Shown: positions 12,124 through 19,975 of the stretch, one piece after another
Layout: every line of letters starts with the position of its first letter
How positions within the stretch are numbered: position 1 is the stretch's first letter
Assembly: GCA_002269645.1 (NCBI GenBank)
Contig: NIVC01005069.1
Coordinates: 1-27,056, forward strand
Source of the DNA: Macrostomum lignano
Lineage: Eukaryota
DNA length: 27,056 nucleotides
Reading direction: 5' to 3'
Notes under the pieces: generated by a model
What the model was told of the DNA's origin: nothing
Seen by the model: only the letters and a program-made list of their open reading frames with translations
The model's database searches: none
Program-made: the position numbers and the translations under genes

Positions 12124-12543
12124 GAACTGTTTACGCCTATTCAACTATATGTATTTCTTTGCTTGAATTTCTAAACCTAGTTTAGACTGCAAATACTTGA
12201 AGCTTTAAAGTGTTTTAAGATGCTGGGTTTTACGAGCTAATTGCCTGGCAGGAATATGTGCATGTTTGGATGGATGGAACTAGCTTTCATTGGATGGATT
12301 CCGTGTTGACTGACTGGATTGATTCTGCCGAATTAAACCTGGCAAGAAAGCATTTTCGAATATACGAGGCGTATTTCAAGAAGACTAGCTCATAGTTTCC
12401 TCCAGTCTAGGGGTGGACATGCAGTGCATTCTTACTTGGACAGGAAATATAATATTAATTTAGCCAGCAACTTCTACACCCATCATCTATCTCTGGTAGT
12501 TCAGTGCGCTATTCCACTGTATTTTGACTAAAATTTTCGGTTC

Positions 12544-13330
12544 ATGGCATCCGCAGATAGTACCAGTGCTGAAGCCGACGTTTCAAATGTTGAAGCAGAA
12601 TCAAAGAGAAAAGCCGAACTAAAGCCGTGTGTGTGATGGCAGCCGAAGGGTCTCTCAGAGAGCTGAAGTTGAAATTGAAAGCGGAGCGACGATCGACCGC
12701 TTCATGAAAGAGTCGATCGATGGAAGAACGGCGCTACACTGCTGCGCAGCAGCATCGGTGACAGAAGTTCTGGTGAGCACTCAGCTGCACACCAGAATTG
12801 CGAAATTCTGCTCCAAAACGGTGCTGACGCTTTCGCCCGGACAAGGATGGCCGATCTGCCCTACACCTGGCTGTGATGTCGTCCAACCCGAGCCTGGTAG
12901 ACCTGCTACTGACAGCACGTCCTGGCAATCCGAACATCCAGGACATTCGTAGATCTTGGACTCCATTGATGTATGCTGCCAAATGCAGATCATTGACAAT
13001 AACAAAACTTCTTCTGAAGAACGATGCGAGACACGACATCGCCGACAAGAACGGAAACACTGCTCTCATCATCGCGGCAGAGAACCGCAACACGGAAGTT
13101 TTCAAACTGCTCGTGAAGCGCGGTGCAGACTTGGATCACCGCAACAACAGTGGCGATTCAGCAAAGAGCATTGTCTCCGATCAAAGATGGGAACCATGAA
13201 GAAATGGATTCAAGAGTAAGTTAAAAAGGACTCGTGTGCTTTTTAGATCACAAAGACAAACAAAACTAAAACTCGGAAAACAATTTACTTTTCATGCAGG
13301 TATCTTCGTCTCGCTAACAATCAGGAGATG
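12544..13330 (+). CDS. Ankyrin-repeat protein, 5' exons (frameshifted in this assembly; 3' part not traced)
   Basis: ANK motifs GRTALHCCAA, CEILLQNGAD, DKDGRSALHLAV, WTPLMYAAK, DKNGNTALIIAA, LLVKRGADLDHRN. Needs five +1 corrections, each at an A or G run. Exon 1 12544-13215 (GA|gtaagt); exon 2 13300-13330 (atgcag|G...ATG|gtaagt, EYLRLANNQEM). Confidence 0.75.
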
Positions 13331-13478
13331 GTAAGTTATCTATCATGCCTTTTCAAGTGAATATTAAACGCAGAAGGCAAACAGACTATATAGGAAAAGA
13401 AAGAGAGCCTTAAAGCGTTTGGCTTTAAGCTACTCTTCCTCTAATCGACTACATCAGTAATCGTTTAGCTGGGGTACG

Positions 13479-15020
13479 AACAACAACAACAAAAAAACAA
13501 CAGCGAGTCATAACAGGCAAAGATAATGCTGCAGAGCACGTTTCAGGGCCTGGGTGCGAACGTACGAGCTAGTCCGGGGGATCGGCATCAGCCAGAAGGC
13601 ACGGCGCGGATGATGCGGCCTGCCAACTGGAGTCGCCGACGGCGCAAAGGTTTGCTCGGACCAGACAGGTCGGTGCGGCTGTGTCCACTGGTGGCGGTGA
13701 CTCGCTCGTAGCCGATTTTGAAGGCCAGCTTGCGCCGCATCGATCTCCTGTTCGAGCAAGTCCGTCGGCGTCCAGGTTTCGGCGTTGCACCAGACCGCTG
13801 AGGTATACGAACTGCTGACAGTGGGGAAGCTTTCTGACCTGCCCGTCAGGGCCTGGCAGAAAACTGCAGTCTTGATGTCGTCTGGCACACAGAGCACGAC
13901 GGTCTTCTTCGTGATATCCATCAGACCGACGCCCGCCGCAACGCTCACCAGCTGGTCCAGCTGTCGCTGGGTGCCATCGACGGTCAAGGAAAAGCATGCT
14001 GAGCCGCCTCTCTGGTTTGCGTCGACCCACGCATCGCTGCATCACTGCAGCAGGAAGCCGTCGTCGTTAGAAGGGAGAGCAGTCCGCAGCACCCAGTCAA
14101 GCACCAGGACGTACAGGAACGGCGCAAGCGTATCTCTCTGAAGCATCCCAGAGGATGTCTCAAAGAAATCTGACGGGCCTTCCGGTGTCAGCACAGAAGC
14201 GCTGGTGTGTCATATAGCGCCTTGACACAAAAAACCTGCTGTTCTGGCACTTACAGCCCTCACGACCGAGTCGAAAGCCTTCCTGAAGTCAATAAAGAGA
14301 GTAATCAGGTTTGACTAGTGTGTCTGCACCCTTCCTCGATAATTCAGCGAAGAGCCAGGATATGTACCACTGTGCCGCGATGGAGTTCTGCTCAGGCCGC
14401 AAATACGGATCCAGCACGGGGCTGAAACCGCGATAGCATCATTCGGTCGAACAGCTTCGTATAGCACGAGGCAGATGCCTCGGTGCTCCTCAATCCGTGC
14501 GGTGCCCGGCTTCTTCGGAATAACGACAATGTGCGCTGTGGTCCATTCGATATGTGCCGCCTCGCCGAAAAGCAGGCGGTTCATCACACTGGGGACCTCG
14601 CTGGCCACACAGTGGAGTCGCAGCACCTCGTTCGGACCCAGCGCTTTGCCGCCTGGAGTATCACAACGTCGGCTCCTTTTTTGCGGGCAACGGCGTCCCC
14701 GGCGGCAGTCTCCGATCGTTTGGCAGCAGGGGCGATGGTGCGTTGATAATGACGGCGAAGAACTCTCGCAGCTCATTTGGAGTGTCGTCAGCCAGGTTGA
14801 GCGGGATGTGCGGCTTCCTCACGGTCAGAGCGTTGATGACAGACAAGGCTACGCGCCCTTTGGCGTCGGGTCCAGCGGCGTGTTGGTGCGGCAGTTGACG
14901 GCGCTCACGAAGACGCACAAGCACGTAGTCGAGCTTCCTCCTGCAGCCCGCGAAGGTCGGAAGTCTGTCAGACTTGAGTTGAGCTTCGCTCGCCTCAGGA
15001 CCATTAAATGCACCTCAGAC
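13479..15020 (-). mobile_element. 5'-truncated, decayed non-LTR retrotransposon (RTE-like LINE), RT region
   Basis: Minus-strand RT motifs: WTTAHIVVIPKKPG, KLFDRMMLSRFQP, TLFIDFRKAFDSV, SGMLQRDTLAPFLYVLVLDWVLR, TVDGTQRQLDQLVSVAAGVGL, AETWT. Stops and frameshifts present; the YADD motif appears deleted. Ends in a (TTG)n tail at 13479-13503. Clade assignment is from memory of RTE-type RTs. No TSD seen. Confidence 0.88.
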
Positions 15021-16936
15021 ATTCTAACCACAGAATGTAAATTAAACGGCATTTATTATTTACAGATCCTGTGCCTGTGGCAAAGACAGAGTCAGACAGA
15101 ACCTTAGGCATTCAGTGCTGGCTCCTTATCTTTACAATCGGCGTGGCCTCATGAGGTAAAACTCGTTTCCATTCCAGATTGCTAATTATAGAACTCCTTG
15201 ACATGGAGTCTCGTGTTGGTTGACTAAAGTATGGAGTGCATGTAATTTCCTCCATGGACTAAAGTTGCATTTAGATTGTCAAAAGCGATACTAAAGCATC
15301 ACAAGCTGGAATATCGAACTGATGATTATTGCGCTCCTTTACATGCTTTCAGCCTCTTACGGTATGCTAAAACACAGAAAAGTTTATTTTACGAGCTACG
15401 AAAGCACGTGCTAACTAAACAAAATTAACGTAAACAAATCTGAACGAATATGATTCATTGTACGAGTACAAACCAGGAAAAATGCGCTAAAGTGAAAGGC
15501 ACAAATGGGAGGAGAGAAATTCCTTATTTGGAAATTTGTTATGAAATGAAGGGCACAGGAGAGTTGCAAATTTTAGCTTAACAAATTCAGACGATAACAG
15601 CTATAGCAAAATTTTATTGCATGCTGCTGATGCGATATCTTTCCATGGTGTGATATACAAGCACCATGTGTTTTATAACTCTACGTAGCAACTACTACAA
15701 TACAAAAGTAGCAGAATTACGCCCTTAACAGTACGACAATTTATTCTATCATCTTGTCGAACTTTTTGCTGCACCAGAACGGAACAACGCATGCAGACCC
15801 TTTCCCCCGCCAAAACAGCAAGCATTAATAGATTATGCCAGAATGATGCGGAATGCAATTTTTCTTTAGCAATACAGGCATTTGGATTTTACGTCTATGC
15901 GCTCTACTGCTAGTAGAAGCACGAATCGATTTTCTTTTATTTCTCAGTCTCTCATCTGTCCATGAATTCAGTTAGCCAGATCTGCATTCTAGTTGTACAC
16001 CAGGTAGCAAGCGGTGAATTTCTTAATACAAGCTACAATGATTTTAATGCAACGTCTATTGTTCTGTACCGTTATAGGCAGCGCAGTGTTTGGCGACACA
16101 CACAAAAAATCGGTTTAGAAAATCATTCGGAGACATCTCCGTGTATCTGAGTTTCTTCAATTAGGCGGGCGCGGGGCGCCATGGGCGCCGCCGATCTCTG
16201 TGTGTCCTCAATCTCTAAGGCGAGGGGCCCGCATATTCCATATATATATAGATATAAATATAGCCGCATGCTCCCAGTCTTTGAAATCGGAGATTCACAA
16301 TTGAACCTGCATGCTGCGCCACGGTCGGGTTGCTCTTTGGCAGATCGAAAGATCGCCGACTTAAAGACCTCTCGGAGGGGAGCCCGCATGTGGGAGGTGG
16401 GGGTGGACAGGATTCGATAGAAAAAATCGGTGAACAGCATCATGGGGTATTAAGCTGGCATGCATCGAAAAACACAAACTGTTGCCTTGATGAAATAGCC
16501 GCTATAATGTGCCGCAAGCAACCCACCCCCGCGGTGCGCCACTGCCGCCTCGTTTGAGTTGCTTCTTCGTTCGCGCCACCCGCTGTCGGCCTTCCCCAAT
16601 TTCGTTTCTTCCCAGATTTTAATCGGGGATCTTAGTCTTAAGCTCATTAAACCCGAGCCGGTGCACTGACAGTTTAACAAATTTATCATTGGAAGACTGA
16701 AGAAGCTTTATTTTAGCGAAATTTTTAAGAACCAAAGCGTGGAGATTTAGTGAATTGGGCGGACGTGCATCTCTTTTTGTTATTATTGTATAGTTACGGT
16801 TGCTATGCCAACGGTACTTCCATCTATATTTCCAACTGGGAGCAGGCATGAGGGGAGAATTATTACAAAACTATGAATTGCGGTAGAAAAATTGTTTGCA
16901 AAGCAAAAACTAACTTAACACACAGGGCGCACACGC

Positions 16937-18436
16937 ATGAGGTGCATAAAAATCACACTATACATACTCGCAGTACACTCTGGCGTTTGTTTTTCCCCAT
17001 TATTTCAGGCAGACACAAAACGCTTGTGCAGATTGGCCAGCAAAGGCGAACACGAAGCTATGGGAAATTTGCTCCGAAACAAGCCGTCAATTGTAAGCAG
17101 CAAATACCCGCTTTACTCAGACCGCAGCGCTCTGCTGTGCGCCGCAGCAGCTTCAAAGCGCCACTACTCCCAGGGCGGTGAGGATCACACGAAATGTGCT
17201 GAAATCCTAGTCAGGTTTGGAGCTGATCTGAACGGCCAAGACTCCAAGTCTAACACGGTCCTGCACCTCTCAGTGAAGTCCAAAAATGATTCTTTGCTCA
17301 AGTTTCTACTTGGAAAAGATGTCAGAGTTGCTGACAAACGGAATAGTGACAGCAGCACTCCGCTTATGCTTGCCGCCGAATTCGACTACGAACAGCACGC
17401 GGAACTCCTGCTTGAGCACGGTGCGAGAACTGGCTCTGTAGACGAATTGTTTTATCACGCAGCAAAAGAGATTGCAGAATCTGAAGGAAGCGAACGGGTG
17501 CTTGAAGTCATGCGCAACTTTGACCAAAGGCAAAGGGAAAAAGAGAAAGTGAGGGACAGAGAATATTTTTGCGGAGCACAAGTACCTCGATTTGAAAATA
17601 TTTTTGCTGGCATTCAAGGATGCATTCATCAGATCACACATGAAGCAAATACAATTCGAAACAGCGTAAGCCATGCAGTGCAAGAAAGCTATGAAATCTA
17701 TATGGAAATGCCAGCATATTTCGACCACAATGCACAGCCACTTCGGAATGTTTTGACAGAAGCAGAAAGGCTGGGAAATGTGTTTCACGAGAAGTGCGAA
17801 CGCTTGTCACAGCGGTGGGCACCAGTGGAACAGAAGGTGCTGCAATTGCTCGGACGTCCGCAATTAATCAACAAGACCGATGTACTGAAGTCTATCAGTG
17901 ACCTGAGAGAATGCATTCAATCGGCCGATGAGTGCAAACACAGCCTCTCACAACTGAAAGAAAAACTGTCAGACGCCGCTCGCCTCAGTCGAGAACTGGC
18001 GGAAAAGTGTCGAAAGGAAAGCAGTGATGTTAACAAGCGGAGAGAGGAAAGGAATCAGGAGATCAGGAATCAGGAATCAGGAACCAGGAATCAGGAGAGA
18101 GGAATCTGGAAACAGGCATTAATTGCCGGCGCAGTTGGTGGAGCTGTAGGAGGCCCTTTAGGATTAATTGCTGGGCTGTGGTTAGGATCTGAAGATGCTG
18201 CTACGAGTGCTACGAGTGTGAGTGCAAGACATGTGGATGCACAAAGTTCAAACGAAGATCGAGATTTAGACCAGAGAAGACTTGAAGCGCTAAACAAATG
18301 CGCAGAACAAGCCGACCAACTCGAAAGAGACTTACGGTTCTCGATAAACGACCTATCCGAAAGTACTGCTCCAAACATCACCAGCAAGTGCTCTGAGGCC
18401 CTAGAAGTGTTGGAACAGCTGGCTTCAAAGTTTTAA
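16937..18436 (+). CDS. Ankyrin-repeat protein with C-terminal coiled coils and a glycine-zipper hydrophobic segment (~476-499 aa)
   Basis: Uninterrupted 499-codon ORF. ANK motifs RSALLCAAA, CAEILVRFGAD, NTVLHLSV, STPLMLAA, AELLLEHGA. Long E/K/L/Q/R-rich helices follow, then ALIAGAVGGAVGGPLGLIAGLWLG. An in-frame acceptor (tatttcag|GCA at 17009) suggests the real start is in an upstream exon. Confidence 0.85.
   Translation: MRCIKITLYILAVHSGVCFSPLFQADTKRLCRLASKGEHEAMGNLLRNKPSIVSSKYPLYSDRSALLCAAAASKRHYSQGGEDHTKCAEILVRFGADLNGQDSKSNTVLHLSVKSKNDSLLKFLLGKDVRVADKRNSDSSTPLMLAAEFDYEQHAELLLEHGARTGSVDELFYHAAKEIAESEGSERVLEVMRNFDQRQREKEKVRDREYFCGAQVPRFENIFAGIQGCIHQITHEANTIRNSVSHAVQESYEIYMEMPAYFDHNAQPLRNVLTEAERLGNVFHEKCERLSQRWAPVEQKVLQLLGRPQLINKTDVLKSISDLRECIQSADECKHSLSQLKEKLSDAARLSRELAEKCRKESSDVNKRREERNQEIRNQESGTRNQERGIWKQALIAGAVGGAVGGPLGLIAGLWLGSEDAATSATSVSARHVDAQSSNEDRDLDQRRLEALNKCAEQADQLERDLRFSINDLSESTAPNITSKCSEALEVLEQLASKF
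18050..18106 (+). repeat. Coding heptanucleotide microsatellite (AGGAATC)x8
   Basis: aggaatc aggagatc aggaatc aggaatc aggaacc aggaatc aggagag aggaatc: 57 nt, frame-preserving, encoding RNQEIRNQESGTRNQERGI. Confidence 0.85.
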
Positions 18437-19737
18437 ATGACAAAAATTGATGAAAAAACCATTAAAAAACAATACGAAGTAAAAATCAAGCAAGTAAAAA
18501 TCAATTACTTTTTTCTATAAAAATTACATAAAAATTATTTATGTAACAAAAATATTACATAACTATCAATATTTAATGACTAATTTCCCTAATTATATTT
18601 CCCCAATAAAACTTCATATTTACAATATACTCTGATAAATCTTAAATTCGCATATAATTTTTTTTGGATAGACCTTTGACAAAAAACTATGCTAATTAGC
18701 TAATTTATTTCATTTATACAGGTGAATCTTAATTTTTAAAACTTCAAGTAGTATTTTACTTTGTAGTAGTATTCTGTACTTTACTCCAGAGTTTTCAGAA
18801 ATTTTCTGCGTGTAAACCCTATTCGATTTTCAAACTTTTGACTCTCTCGTAAACTCTCGTGAAATACACCTGAAAATTGTTATTATACAAATACACAACT
18901 TTCACGTATAAATAATAAATATGGAAAAGTACAAATCAACAATAGATATAAATGATTATTTATATCAATAGATGGACGTTAATGACTTATTCTTTTACTC
19001 CATCATCAGCCTAAGAGCCATCAATTTGCATTATTTAATCAAGTTTATTTTCACCAACCAGAGTTATGAGAATTCTATGAATAGACCAAATTATGTTTAT
19101 GCAATGCAACATGCGAGGACAGTGCCATCAAGCAGTATATAAGTTCAATAGTCCTTGATGCAGCAATTTGAAAGGGTTGATAAAAACAGCATTTTCAGGG
19201 CCAATAGTTTGTAGACATTTTTTGGGAATAAAAAATCCCCTTATGAAAAAAGCATTGTTTTTTATTGTGAAGCAACTTAAAATCAGGCATTACTACTGAG
19301 CATCAGGGGCGAGTATAAGTAGTATGATGATTGCAAAAATCTCCACTCAACCAGCTTTCGGATTAAACGAATCCTTAAACATACTTTGAAGCAAAATATT
19401 TTTGTATTGGCGCTGATAAATTTGAAAAAGACAACAGATGGATAGAGCAGGACATTTGCGAAGCAGCAAGCAAAGGTATATAGGAGACGTCCCATGTTCG
19501 ATTCCCTAGAGAGGCCACACAGACTATATAATGAGACAAAATTAACACAAAGATTTTTCACATTCGTAAAAATAAATTAAATTAAATAAAATAAATTAAC
19601 TAACTGACTGCGTTTTGCCTTTGTTGGTTCGACTGTTGTGCGATTCTTGCTGTGTCATAACAGGGAGCCCTTAAAAGGGCCGTTTTACTAAATAACTAAT
19701 AGGGATATCGAGACACCACAATTCTCACGCTTAAATT

Positions 19738-19863
19738 GAGGGCCAACCCCATGGCACAGACAGTGCACATGCTTGACCATTAGAAAGTATGAGTGCGTGC
19801 CTGCGTACAGTATTGACGCGCTTGTATGTGGTCAGGAGTCAGCGGGAATGGGCAGAATTGCCT
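19738..19863 (-). repeat. Dispersed repeat, copy 4 (internal ~38-nt deletion), downstream of the ATPase stop codon
   Basis: Reverse complement of 20495-20660 apart from one internal gap; ends ...GCCATGGGGTTGGCCCTC. Confidence 0.9.
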
Positions 19864-19975
19864 CTACATTGAAGACGTTGTGCCGAAGTGCCCGCAGCCC
19901 TCCCATCAAACATGAATATTACTATAGCCAATGGGCACTGAGTGGAGAATTACTTCAAAGAGTCGGTCAAAGAGT

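Noticed and set aside
9603-13330. Firm pseudogene calls for the orphan and ankyrin-1 genes
   Set aside because: The indels look like homopolymer sequencing errors and also hit the conserved ATPase; this cannot be decided without reads.
13508-15107. Short ORFs on both strands as host genes
   Set aside because: They are fragments and shadows of the decayed LINE.
18437-19600. Very AT-rich stretch as an origin or special element
   Set aside because: It fits ordinary convergent 3' UTR/terminator sequence between ankyrin gene 2 and the ATPase; no distinctive structure.
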